A DNA stretch of 64,000 bases from an uncultured Alphaproteobacteria bacterium. Lineage in GTDB: Bacteria > Pseudomonadota > Alphaproteobacteria > Paracaedibacterales > CAITNM01. The notes beneath the pieces are model-generated. The model was given only the letters and a program-made list of their open reading frames with translations, was not told the DNA's origin and made no database searches. The stretch lies in contig CAIQTY010000037.1 in NCBI GenBank assembly GCA_903874955.1, positions 5,397 to 69,396 of the forward strand, read 5' to 3'. Every line of letters starts with the position of its first letter. Within the stretch, counting starts at the first letter, position 1. This document shows, one piece after another, positions 26,997 through 36,445 of the stretch. The position numbers and the translations under genes are program-made.

Positions 26997-28808
26997 ATGC
27001 TGAAAAAATTTTCCCTCACCTTCTTCATTTGCTTTTTAGTACAAAAGAGTGTTCTGACCCCAAGTGATATTTATCCTTCCAATCTACCAGCAATGTTTTG
27101 GATGATGAGGGACCATTTTTATGAACGCCTTTCAGCGCCGTCAGCAACAAGAGCTTCTTTTGCATCTACTTTATGCGAGTTTGTGAGATTATGTGACTTT
27201 ATTTCACCGAATCCTGTTGGACGAGATAGATTGAGAAGTGACCTTAATGACTATTCCGTTATAAGAAAAATGACTGAAACTGCTAAAGCCGATAATCTAA
27301 GCGTACTCGATGAGCTAGAGAAAAAAGCTAAGGAAGCATCTTTGGATTTTTATTCTAGCCGTCCCATACCAGGATATGTTTTTACCAAAGCAGACGGTGC
27401 GCCTAATGAAGCGGCAGAGATATACCCAAAGGCAATATCAAGTTTTTTTTGGGTAGCTAGAGAACAGTTTTATTGCTATTTAACTGATGAAGAGTCAACA
27501 AAAGAGGATATACGAAAGTCATTTTGTGAATTGATATTAATCAGTGACCATGTTGCACCTGAAAAATTTATAAAGACTTGCCTACGTGTTGACCTTGAAA
27601 AATTTTCCTTTGAAAAGAAAATTAAAAGAAAACGAAAAACGGAGATATTGTCTATTCTGTCAGAATTGGAGCAGATCAATGTCTACGAAATAAGGCCAAT
27701 TCCAGGATATAACCTCATAAAAAGTCCTGATCAGGTTGCTCAAGAGCAGGCGGTTATTCTAAAAGTATTTGAATATACCTTCAAGCAACAATCTTTAATT
27801 ACTGATGCAAAGTCTTACATGGGGAATGCCTTTAAAGGATTACTTATGCCCGAAGAAATTGCAGAAATTCTTAAAGAATATATCCGAGGTCAAGATTCCG
27901 CGATGAATGCTTTAGGTATTATTGGCCATAAAATCATGGCCCAAATACGTCTCAAGCAAACTCATTCTGATTGGGAATTCCGTCCTCCCCATGCATTTTT
28001 AATTGGGAAATCGGGTTCCGGCAAAACTCAGTCAGTTATTGAATTATGTAAAATTATTGGTATTCCGTGGATTAGGATTAATGCCCCTGAGGTGGTGGGG
28101 GAGGGGTTCAAAGGTCCAACCTTGTCATATCATTACGAACAATTGAAGCAGGCGCAAAAGATTCCTCCCTATGCGATCATAATTTTAGACGAAGCAGGAA
28201 AAATGGGTAGGACTGGATCTGGTGATGATGCTCCAAAATATGGTTCTAGTATCATGAGAACACTGTTGGCTCATATGGATGGTACAACGGTTAAACTACC
28301 TTCTTCAGATAGTAGCGAGCAAAGTCTTTCTACAAAATGTTTTACTTATCTTGCAACTGACGCGTGCGCAACTTTACCTGACTCTGTTGAAGTAACACCA
28401 GATGTACTTGGTCAATATATAGACATGCCTCTAGAGCTCATTAACCGGTTTAGCCAGGGAATTATCAGACTTGCTCCCCATACGGTATCCAGTTTATTTG
28501 ATATTTTAAAAAATAATTCAAAAGGCGCTTATGCCCATGAACGTAATTTCTTTAAGAAATTATACAACATTGATCTGGTTATTGAAGATGAAGGGCTTAA
28601 GGCTATAGCAGAAAGGTCTATTTTAGATTCAACCGGTGTTAGAAAACTTGAAGAAATACTGGGGCACGTTATATCGCCCCTTTACAGTTTACCTATAGGG
28701 TTAATTAAGGAGGAAAATGGTACAAAAAAAATAACCTTAGATAAAAAGTTTGTTCAAGAACGTTTGCCTGCTGTGGTTCAAAAAGAACATAACCCAATGT
28801 ATAACTAA
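26997..28808 (+). CDS. ClpX-like AAA+ ATPase with hydrophobic N-terminus and tandemly duplicated unknown N-terminal module
   Basis: Residues 283-560 are ClpX-like: LLMPEEIAEILKEYIRGQD, Walker A GKSGSGKT (337-344), GFKG at the pore-loop position, Walker B IIILDE (394-399) and STGVRKLEEIL. Residues 25-131 and 142-242 are repeats sharing IYP..FW..R..FY, CE, LR.DL, LS.L.ELE and RPIPGY. Confidence 0.7.
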   Translation: MLKKFSLTFFICFLVQKSVLTPSDIYPSNLPAMFWMMRDHFYERLSAPSATRASFASTLCEFVRLCDFISPNPVGRDRLRSDLNDYSVIRKMTETAKADNLSVLDELEKKAKEASLDFYSSRPIPGYVFTKADGAPNEAAEIYPKAISSFFWVAREQFYCYLTDEESTKEDIRKSFCELILISDHVAPEKFIKTCLRVDLEKFSFEKKIKRKRKTEILSILSELEQINVYEIRPIPGYNLIKSPDQVAQEQAVILKVFEYTFKQQSLITDAKSYMGNAFKGLLMPEEIAEILKEYIRGQDSAMNALGIIGHKIMAQIRLKQTHSDWEFRPPHAFLIGKSGSGKTQSVIELCKIIGIPWIRINAPEVVGEGFKGPTLSYHYEQLKQAQKIPPYAIIILDEAGKMGRTGSGDDAPKYGSSIMRTLLAHMDGTTVKLPSSDSSEQSLSTKCFTYLATDACATLPDSVEVTPDVLGQYIDMPLELINRFSQGIIRLAPHTVSSLFDILKNNSKGAYAHERNFFKKLYNIDLVIEDEGLKAIAERSILDSTGVRKLEEILGHVISPLYSLPIGLIKEENGTKKITLDKKFVQERLPAVVQKEHNPMYN

Positions 28809-29569
28809 TGTTCCAGAAACTGTTCATGAAGAATTCTCTCTTCTAAGTGATGGTTGGGATCAAATAAAAGAGTGTAAGGTTGTGATGTATCTAAAAAAAT
28901 ATTAACCGTGTTAACTTTGTTAATTAATCTCTGGTCTGCCGTTAGTTTTACGGGGCGCTGATCTGGGTTTAAAACTTCTAATTCGATTTTGGTAGAGCTT
29001 GGAATTAAGGCGCCTTTCCACCTTCTTGGCCTAAAAGGGCATATAGGCGTAATTGCAATAAGGCTTGATTCTAAAGGTACAATAGGTCCGCCAGCAGATA
29101 AATTATACGCAGTACTTCCTGCTGGCGTTGCAATAATTAAACCATCTCCGATTAAGGAGCTTAGCCGCATTTTATCATTTAATTTAATCGCTATTTTCGA
29201 TGTTTGTGCTGAGCTTCTAAGCAAAGAAATTTCGTTAAAGGCCTTTATGGAAAAAGATTTTCCATAGAGATCTTTAACTTCAGCTTTTAACGCATAAAGG
29301 GTCGTTGGTTTTGCTTTCGTAAGTTTCTCTGGAAGCTTTTCGAGTTCTTCAGCGTCATTCAATAAAAATCCTATTGTGCCTGCATTAACGCCATAAACGG
29401 GCACGTTATTGCTTTCTAAATTGTGTAGGGTATGAAGCATAAAGCCATCTCCGCCAAAAGCTACGATGATTTCAGCTTCTTGCCTAGACGTGCAATTTAA
29501 GAAGCCTTCAGCCAGCTTGGCAAGTTTTTTTGCTTTAGGATTAATTGAAGCCAGGATTGCTACTTTCAT
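28805..29569 (-). CDS. nadK: NAD+ kinase
   Basis: GGDGFMLHT motif plus the NE..L and TPAGSTAYNLSAGGPI motifs. Its stop overlaps the ClpX-like gene stop (convergent). Confidence 0.85.
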   Translation of the reverse strand: MKVAILASINPKAKKLAKLAEGFLNCTSRQEAEIIVAFGGDGFMLHTLHNLESNNVPVYGVNAGTIGFLLNDAEELEKLPEKLTKAKPTTLYALKAEVKDLYGKSFSIKAFNEISLLRSSAQTSKIAIKLNDKMRLSSLIGDGLIIATPAGSTAYNLSAGGPIVPLESSLIAITPICPFRPRRWKGALIPSSTKIELEVLNPDQRPVKLTADQRLINKVNTVNIFLDTSQPYTLLFDPNHHLEERILHEQFLEH

Positions 29570-29571
29570 GT

Positions 29572-30657
29572 CTATAGCTTGCCCACATAAATGCCCATTG
29601 CCTTTGCGGTTTTGATCAGCATTCCATGGGGATCTACGGCGTTGTAGGTATCTATGGTTGAATCTATTGGTACCGATTCAACTTGATTGTTACGCCATAC
29701 AACCATTTCTCCAAAAGTTTTTGCAGCAACTAAGTCTACTGCTTTAACGCCAAAGGCGGTTGCGATAATGCGATCTTGAGCATTCGGCTGTCCGCCCCGT
29801 TGGACATGCCCTAGAACAGTAAAGCGTGTATCAGCCTTAATGCGTTCTTCAAGTTCAGTGCATAAGTATTGAGAAATACCACCATAGCGGGGTCTATCAT
29901 TGTATGATGTTCCTCTTAGCACTGCATTTCCGCTTTCGGTTTTTACAGCCTCTGATACAATAATCAGGGAAAAATTTCGTCCCGAACTCGTAATTTTTTG
30001 AATATGATCGCATATTGCACCAAGTTCGTAGGGAATTTCTGGAATGAGAATAACATCGGCGCCGCCTGCTATTCCTGCAGATAGTGCAATATGGCCGGCA
30101 TCACGTCCCATAACTTCTAGGATCATCACCCGTTGATGGCTGGCTGCAGTTGGTTGTAAGCGGTCAAGTGCTTCAGTTGCAACGCTTACTGCTGTATTGT
30201 AGCCAATAGAAAAATCAGTTTGGGCAAGGTCATTGTCAATAGTCTTAGGGATACAAACCAGGTTGATATCGCCTTTTTTTGCAAGACTGCTATTAATGCG
30301 CATGCTCCCGTCGCCGCCAATGGCGATGATAGCGTCTAGTTTTAATTGATGGTAACCAGATATAGCATCACCAGAACGGTCGATTTTTTGGCCGTTTTCT
30401 GATGGAAAATAGAATGGATTTTCTTTTGTCGTGCTGCCTAAAATTGTTCCTGCCGAACGGAGCATGGTTTGGTCGCAATTAGAAAGATCAAGCTTAATAT
30501 ATTCCATTGGTCTTCTAATTAAACCGCTTGTTCCTTTTAAGATCCCAAAAACTTCCCAGCCATAATGTTGAGTGGCATGGATCGTAATCGCCCTTATGGC
30601 GGCATTTAAGCCTGAACAATCCCCGCCACTGGTTAACACACCAATTCTTTTAGTCAT
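29572..30657 (-). CDS. pfkA: 6-phosphofructokinase
   Basis: IGVLTSGGDCSGLNAAIRA, IGGDGS, PKTIDNDL, MGRDAGHIA and GHVQRGG motifs. Confidence 0.85.
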   Translation of the reverse strand: MTKRIGVLTSGGDCSGLNAAIRAITIHATQHYGWEVFGILKGTSGLIRRPMEYIKLDLSNCDQTMLRSAGTILGSTTKENPFYFPSENGQKIDRSGDAISGYHQLKLDAIIAIGGDGSMRINSSLAKKGDINLVCIPKTIDNDLAQTDFSIGYNTAVSVATEALDRLQPTAASHQRVMILEVMGRDAGHIALSAGIAGGADVILIPEIPYELGAICDHIQKITSSGRNFSLIIVSEAVKTESGNAVLRGTSYNDRPRYGGISQYLCTELEERIKADTRFTVLGHVQRGGQPNAQDRIIATAFGVKAVDLVAAKTFGEMVVWRNNQVESVPIDSTIDTYNAVDPHGMLIKTAKAMGIYVGKL

Positions 30658-30662
30658 TCTGG

Positions 30663-31415
30663 CTAGCCTTTCTTAATTCTGTCTTCTAACTTTTTTTGTT
30701 TTTGAAAAATCATACTTCTGATTGTAACATAGGAGTCTTTCGATGTCGTGTAGATGTCATCGAGAGTTTGCAGTAGATCCGCACGAGTATTGATGATATC
30801 AAAAGCAGTAATCCCCCAAAGCCAATATTTAAACTGATGATGATTATTGAGATGACTTTTTGAATGGTAAGCAACAAAGCGCAATGGATCAGCAAACCAA
30901 TCAAATGCATATCCCACAGCGCCTCTGAATGTGGTTGGTCCAAGAACCGGCAGCATAATATATGGGCCTGCCTCTACACCCCAAGAGGCGAGGGTTTCGT
31001 TGAAGCTTGTAGGATTTTCTTTTATGCCTACAAAATCAGCAAAGTCCAAAAGACCAAATAAACCTAGCGTTGTATTTAAGATAAATCTGATAGTCGTTGT
31101 TGCGGCTTTTTCTATTCTGCCTTGAAGGGTGTAATTCAATAAATTAATTGGTCCGTAGGCATTTTTAACAAAGCTTTTCACACAATACTTGAAATTTTCA
31201 GGGGTTCCTAATTCATAGGTAATAGCAACTGGCTGTATTACCGCAATATCTAAAATACGGTTAAATCCATACATGTAGCGGTTGAACAACTCTAAGGGGT
31301 CTGGCTCGTACAGGGAGAATTCATCGAAGTCACCACTATCCTTGGTTGAATCTTGGGTTGTCGAGCATCCGCACAAAAAGAATAGAAGAACAAATGCCCA
31401 CCTCCAGAATCTCAT
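30663..31415 (-). CDS. mlaA: MlaA/VacJ-family outer-membrane lipoprotein
   Basis: Lipobox FFLCGC and the VacJ core NRYMYGFNRILDIAVIQPVAITY ... GPYIMLPVLGPTTFR. Confidence 0.8.
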   Translation of the reverse strand: MRFWRWAFVLLFFLCGCSTTQDSTKDSGDFDEFSLYEPDPLELFNRYMYGFNRILDIAVIQPVAITYELGTPENFKYCVKSFVKNAYGPINLLNYTLQGRIEKAATTTIRFILNTTLGLFGLLDFADFVGIKENPTSFNETLASWGVEAGPYIMLPVLGPTTFRGAVGYAFDWFADPLRFVAYHSKSHLNNHHQFKYWLWGITAFDIINTRADLLQTLDDIYTTSKDSYVTIRSMIFQKQKKLEDRIKKG

Positions 31416-31618
31416 AAAGCCTGTATATCCAAAAAGTATTTAAAAGTTTAACAAAATTTATCTCGGAACCCAAGATAGCAAGCCTTGATTCATGGCAATT
31501 TAAAGCAAAATAAATTCATTAAAAATATTTTTTTCAATTTCTTTTGCTAAGTTCCATTTGCTAAAATAAATAATCTTAGTTTAAATTTATAATGATTGGT
31601 GAATTTAATGTTTAACAT

Positions 31619-32098
31619 ATGTTTTGGTGTAATAAAAAATCTAATTTTTTATCAAACTTTTTAATAAAAAATTATTTTAAATTCTTTTTTTTGTGGATAT
31701 TTATCTCTGTATCATTTTTTGCCTCTGAAAAAATAGATCAACAAGATGATTCTTGTGAACTCATTAATCCAAGGTATATCAATAAATTGTTGGATGTATG
31801 GAATCATGGAAATGATCGGCCTACCATTTGCATAATAATGAGACATTGCGCGGAGTATGCTGATCCTTTATTTTCTAACAAGCTGTCGTTCGCATTGTGG
31901 GAGAAAGGGGATGACGAAGATAAAAAATTCGCTTTGGGTATTATTCGATCAAGAGCCAAAAAAAAACCTGTCGATGCAGATGTTAATAATGCAATATCCT
32001 TTTTATTGAAAAATGGGAATCAGGAAGATAAAGATTATTTCCAGCCTCTTGTTCAATCGTTAGAGAGAGATCTTCGTTCGCTAGATTTGAATTTTTAA
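31619..32098 (+). CDS. orphan small membrane-anchored protein (159 aa)
   Basis: AT-rich ORF with a hydrophobic N-terminal segment FFFLWIFISVSFFA. I recognise no family. Confidence 0.45.
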   Translation: MFWCNKKSNFLSNFLIKNYFKFFFLWIFISVSFFASEKIDQQDDSCELINPRYINKLLDVWNHGNDRPTICIIMRHCAEYADPLFSNKLSFALWEKGDDEDKKFALGIIRSRAKKKPVDADVNNAISFLLKNGNQEDKDYFQPLVQSLERDLRSLDLNF

Positions 32099-32225
32099 TG
32101 CAATTGTCCTTTTTCACTCAAAAACGCTAGAGTTGTGGTCAAAATGTGAATTAGAAAATCTCTCTAGTGAAAAGTATGCGATTAACTGATCCAGCAATAC
32201 GATCTTCACTTTTTAAAAAAACATT

Positions 32226-33380
32226 ATGAACAATTTTGTTTTCGATGATCGTGCTCAGCAGGTAATGCAAAAAATTCATCAAGCAGGTTTTGATGCTTGG
32301 TTTGTTGGTGGGTGCGTGCGTGATGCTTTAATAGCAAAATCGTTCGGCGACTATGATATAGCAACCTCCGCTTATCCTGAAGATATTAAATCCCTTTTAA
32401 ATCATGAATTTGAGCTAGATTTTAAAGGTGCTAAATTTGGTTGTGTTAGGGTCCTTAACAATGATCTGTGGCTAGAGGTGACAACGTTGCGTGAAGACAC
32501 ACAGACTGATGGGCGTCATGCAAAAGTTACATTTACTAAAGATTTGGCAAAGGATGCAGCGCGAAGGGATTTTACAATTAACGCTTTGTATTGGCATGGT
32601 GCTCCCCACGCACCTTCTGAAATAGTTGACTTCTACGGTGGTCAGGAAGATCTTGCAAAGGGCAGGGTGCAATTCATTGGTAATCCAGACCTGCGTGTTG
32701 AAGAAGATTACTTAAGAATTCTGAGGTTCTTTAGATTTTCAGCTAACTATGCCCTTGATTTGGATGAAAGCGGTCTTAACGCTTGTACAGATCATCAAGG
32801 TGGACTTCAGTACTTATCAGGTGAGCGCGTTTGGTGCGAGTGGTCAAAAACACTTTTTGGTAAAAATACTTTAGCCGTTTTGGAGGCAATTAATGCTCAA
32901 TCAATTGATATGACCCTTTTTGGGGGAAAAATTAACACGCGGATCTATAATGAATACCAGGGATATGATCCTTTGCTAGTAACAAGTCTTCTTTTGCCGA
33001 CCGTACGTTCAGAGCATTTGGCCCATAGATTGAATCTAAGCAATGCCCAAAAAGATTGGTTAAAAATTGCTATTGCCCTCGGCTCTGATTGTGATTTTCG
33101 TATGCAATACGTAGAACATGGGCAGCGTGCCAGAGAACTTGTTTACTTTTGGGCCTGCACATATCAAAAAAATAGTGATGAAATTTTTACGCAAGATTTT
33201 TGGAATACGAAAACACCAGTTTTTCCTTTAGGCGGGAAAGATATTATAAACCTTGGTTGCCAACCTGGGCCAATTGTTGGAAAATACTTGGAGCGTGCTC
33301 GGCAATGGTGGGCGCAAAATAACTTCAAACCAAGCTATCGGGACTGCCTAGAATATGCTCAATCCTTATTTAACAAATGA
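32226..33380 (+). CDS. cca: tRNA nucleotidyltransferase (CCA-adding) / poly(A) polymerase family
   Basis: FVGGCVRDALI..GDYDIAT (GG.VRD and D.D catalytic motifs) and RRDFTINAL. Confidence 0.7.
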   Translation: MNNFVFDDRAQQVMQKIHQAGFDAWFVGGCVRDALIAKSFGDYDIATSAYPEDIKSLLNHEFELDFKGAKFGCVRVLNNDLWLEVTTLREDTQTDGRHAKVTFTKDLAKDAARRDFTINALYWHGAPHAPSEIVDFYGGQEDLAKGRVQFIGNPDLRVEEDYLRILRFFRFSANYALDLDESGLNACTDHQGGLQYLSGERVWCEWSKTLFGKNTLAVLEAINAQSIDMTLFGGKINTRIYNEYQGYDPLLVTSLLLPTVRSEHLAHRLNLSNAQKDWLKIAIALGSDCDFRMQYVEHGQRARELVYFWACTYQKNSDEIFTQDFWNTKTPVFPLGGKDIINLGCQPGPIVGKYLERARQWWAQNNFKPSYRDCLEYAQSLFNK

Positions 33381-33933
33381 AGCAAAGCTCCTTTTTGCAA
33401 AGACTTTTCACGACATGGCTGCTCCCTTGGGGGCGTTAACGCTTTGTATAGATGATATCAAAAAGGCTCTTCCGGAATCTGGAGATCTTATTGAAACGAG
33501 CATTGAAACCTTATTTCAGCGGATTGCCTATTGGCGGTTGATGTTAACCGGGGGTGATCAATCACCCAGTTATTCAGACGCGGCGAATGTCATGAGGTCT
33601 ATGGCCAAGCTAAAGTCTGTTGAGCTGATATTTTTACCAGCAGAAGACTACCAAGGAAATTACATTCGCCTAATTTTAGGTCTTGTTCTTCTTGGCATCG
33701 AAAGTCTCCCTCGTGGTGGAAAAATTGCTATAGATGCTGATGCAGGCATCTTAACTGTCTCTGGTGAAAAATGTTTTATTCTAAAAGAGTTGCAGGAAAT
33801 TTTTGATCAAAAAGTTGAGGTGCCAACTAGTCGTCATGCCCTTGGGATGTTGATTTGCGAATGGGCAAAGGCTTGCAAGGCATCGATAAGTTTTGAACAT
33901 ACACCTACCAGCCTAATATTTCGCTTGCAATAA
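33355..33933 (+). CDS. chpT: ChpT-like histidine phosphotransferase
   Basis: LLFAKTFHDMAAPLGAL matches the ChpT phospho-His helix (LL..R.CHD..SP..AI). The degenerate HATPase-like half has LPRGGKIAI. The gene overlaps the cca end by 26 nt. Confidence 0.55.
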   Translation: MLNPYLTNEAKLLFAKTFHDMAAPLGALTLCIDDIKKALPESGDLIETSIETLFQRIAYWRLMLTGGDQSPSYSDAANVMRSMAKLKSVELIFLPAEDYQGNYIRLILGLVLLGIESLPRGGKIAIDADAGILTVSGEKCFILKELQEIFDQKVEVPTSRHALGMLICEWAKACKASISFEHTPTSLIFRLQ

Positions 33934-33972
33934 GTGAATTTTAAAGTAAGTGAAACGGTTGGTTTAGGTCCG

Positions 33973-34746
33973 TTATTTTTTCCTGGTAACTGTTAAAATA
34001 CTTTTAGTTTCATTCTCGTGGAAAGGTGAACCATCCATTGCATATTGGTCCATGGTTTCAAATCCGTTTTTTGCTAACATTTCTTTGAGTTCCTTGGCTT
34101 TATACAGTTGCAGGGAAAATTTATGACTGATTTTTTTTGGCTTTGCACCATTTTTTGTAATGGTATAGTTATCATAAGATGTAAGTTGGCCTGTTTTTCT
34201 ATCAATTTCAGAATGTTGTAAGTTGTGAATTTGAGTCTCATCAACCGATCGGTTTGTTTCCATGTCCAAGTTACGCACAGCTTCATCGGTCATCGCTTGT
34301 ACATTAAAAATATCAAAAATATAAATTCCCCCAGTTTTTAAATTCTCAGCTATATTTTTCATAGCTTTGGCAAAACCTGCTTTTGTAAGATGACCTACTG
34401 CATTAAACATGGTTATCACTGCATCGAAAGTACCTACTTTTAGGGTGCGCATATCACCAGCTATAAATTTAATATCAAATTTCGCAGCAATGGCTTTTTG
34501 ACGTGCGATTTCCAAAAGGGCAGGGCTGAAATCTGCTCCGGTGACTTTATATCCGTTTTTTGTTAAATGAAAAACTTGTGATCCCGTGCCGCAGGTAAAG
34601 TCTAAAACTGTTTTTATATTGTGGGTTTTTAATAACTTTTCAACAACGGCATTTTTTGCATTTGTATCCTCACCTATATTGTGCGCATCAAAATATTCTG
34701 GGAATTTTTTATATTCAAGTGGCAATCCTAGCTTATTTTTATGCAT
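33973..34746 (-). CDS. class I SAM-dependent methyltransferase
   Basis: Motif I VLDFTCGTGSQ, then DFSPALLEIA and FDAVITMFNAVGHL. Confidence 0.8.
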   Translation of the reverse strand: MHKNKLGLPLEYKKFPEYFDAHNIGEDTNAKNAVVEKLLKTHNIKTVLDFTCGTGSQVFHLTKNGYKVTGADFSPALLEIARQKAIAAKFDIKFIAGDMRTLKVGTFDAVITMFNAVGHLTKAGFAKAMKNIAENLKTGGIYIFDIFNVQAMTDEAVRNLDMETNRSVDETQIHNLQHSEIDRKTGQLTSYDNYTITKNGAKPKKISHKFSLQLYKAKELKEMLAKNGFETMDQYAMDGSPFHENETKSILTVTRKK

Positions 34747-34834
34747 CGGTTTTATCTTTCTGCTTTGATTTTTAGTTTAATCATACGCGACGCACAGCTT
34801 GGTCCTTACTAATTTTTGTGGCATAGTTTCAAGT

Positions 34835-36424
34835 ATGTCATTACTTACGATTAATAATCTTTCTGTGCGCTTTGCGCCACCGGGGCGTCCGGTTGTTGAT
34901 GCGGTCCAGGGTGTCGGTTTTACTGTCAACCCTAAAGAAACACTTGCTTTGGTTGGTGAAAGTGGATCGGGTAAATCGGTTACGGCTTTTTCGATTTTAA
35001 AATTGCTGCCATACCCTATGGCGAGTAATCCAACCGGCGAAATACTTTTCGACGGCCAGGATCTTTTAAGTTTGTCTGATAAAGCACTTAGGCAAATTCG
35101 TGGACGGCGTATTGGCATGATTTTTCAAGAACCAATGACCGCTTTAAACCCTTTGCATACAATAGCAAAACAAATAGCAGAGACCATAAGACTACACCTG
35201 GGATATTCAAAAGAAAAAGCGCTTGCAAGAGTAAAAGAGCTTCTAGAATTGGTCGAATTTCCAGAAGGAATAGACCGTTTAGATGCGTACCCTCATCAGT
35301 TATCTGGTGGTCAGCGCCAGCGGGTAATGATTGCGATGGCCTTGGCGTGTGGTCCTGATTTGCTGATTGCGGATGAGCCAACAACAGCGCTGGATGTTAC
35401 GATTCAAGCTGGTATTATCAAGCTTTTGCAAAAATTGCAGTCAGAACTTGGCATGTCGATGCTATTAATTAGCCATGATTTAAGTATGGTGAAGCATTTA
35501 GCCAACAGAGTGATTGTGATGAACCATGGAAAAATTGTCGAATCAGGTGATACAAAGGAAGTTTTTGAAATACCAAAACACGCCTATACTCAGCGACTTA
35601 TTGCCTGTGAACCAACAGGAATTGCCGATCCCATAGCAAAAACATCCCAAGAAATTTTAAATGTGGCTAATATAAAAGTTGTATTTGAAAATCGTTCGTT
35701 ATTTAGTTTTAAAAAACTTCCGCCAAAAGTTGCCGTAAATGAAGTGTCTTTGACGCTCAAACAAGGAGAAACTTTGGGGGTGGTTGGCGAGAGTGGTTCA
35801 GGAAAGTCAACATTGGCCTATGGAATTTTGAAGTTAGTAAGTGCAAGTGGAAAAATTATCTTTTTAGGTAAAGAGTTGCCAAATACCCTTAAACTCATGC
35901 GGCCTATCCGCCGTGATTTACAAATTATTTTCCAAGATCCTTTTGGTTCGTTGAATCCACGATTTTCGATTCTTGATGTGGTATGTGAAGGCCTTAAAAT
36001 CCATGAGTATGATTTATCCCCCCAAGCATTACGCACAAGAGCAGAAAGAGCACTAGAGCAAGTTGGTTTAAACGCCGAATTTCTAGACCGTTATCCCCAT
36101 GAGTTATCAGGCGGACAGCGCCAGCGCGTAGCCATCGCTAGGGCATTAGTTCTGAATCCAAAGCTTGTTGTGCTGGACGAACCAACGTCTGCCCTTGACC
36201 GTTCTATTCAGGCAGATATTTTAGATTTGCTTCGAAGCCTTCAAAAAGATTTAAAATTATCGTACATCTTTATCAGTCACGATCTGAAAGTTGTTCGCGC
36301 CATGGCCCACAGGATGATTGTGATGCACCAAGGACAAATTGTTGAACATGGAGAATCACAGGAGCTTTTTAGTAATCCTCAGCATGCCTATACAAAAGCA
36401 TTGCTGAGTGCTTGTTTGGATTAA
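34835..36424 (+). CDS. duplicated-ATPase ABC protein, YejF/DppDF-like (peptide-type importer ATPase)
   Basis: Two full ABC modules: GESGSGKS x2, LSGGQRQR x2, and Walker [13 protein letters not shown] / [15 protein letters not shown] at 34835 ([13 protein letters not shown]) is preferred over the track's TTG. Confidence 0.85.
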   Translation: MSLLTINNLSVRFAPPGRPVVDAVQGVGFTVNPKETLALVGESGSGKSVTAFSILKLLPYPMASNPTGEILFDGQDLLSLSDKALRQIRGRRIGMIFQEPMTALNPLHTIAKQIAETIRLHLGYSKEKALARVKELLELVEFPEGIDRLDAYPHQLSGGQRQRVMIAMALACGPDLLIADEPTTALDVTIQAGIIKLLQKLQSELGMSMLLISHDLSMVKHLANRVIVMNHGKIVESGDTKEVFEIPKHAYTQRLIACEPTGIADPIAKTSQEILNVANIKVVFENRSLFSFKKLPPKVAVNEVSLTLKQGETLGVVGESGSGKSTLAYGILKLVSASGKIIFLGKELPNTLKLMRPIRRDLQIIFQDPFGSLNPRFSILDVVCEGLKIHEYDLSPQALRTRAERALEQVGLNAEFLDRYPHELSGGQRQRVAIARALVLNPKLVVLDEPTSALDRSIQADILDLLRSLQKDLKLSYIFISHDLKVVRAMAHRMIVMHQGQIVEHGESQELFSNPQHAYTKALLSACLD

Positions 36425-36445
36425 GCTGGATGTTCTTACATGCTT

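Noticed and set aside
34777-35118. 113-aa ORF antisense to the start of the ABC ATPase gene
   Set aside because: It is antisense to a well-supported CDS, has no RBS or motif, and is typical spurious antisense of a GC-richer gene. The same reasoning applies to the ORFs at 50435-50872, 39905-40273, 52663-52977 and 48962-49315.
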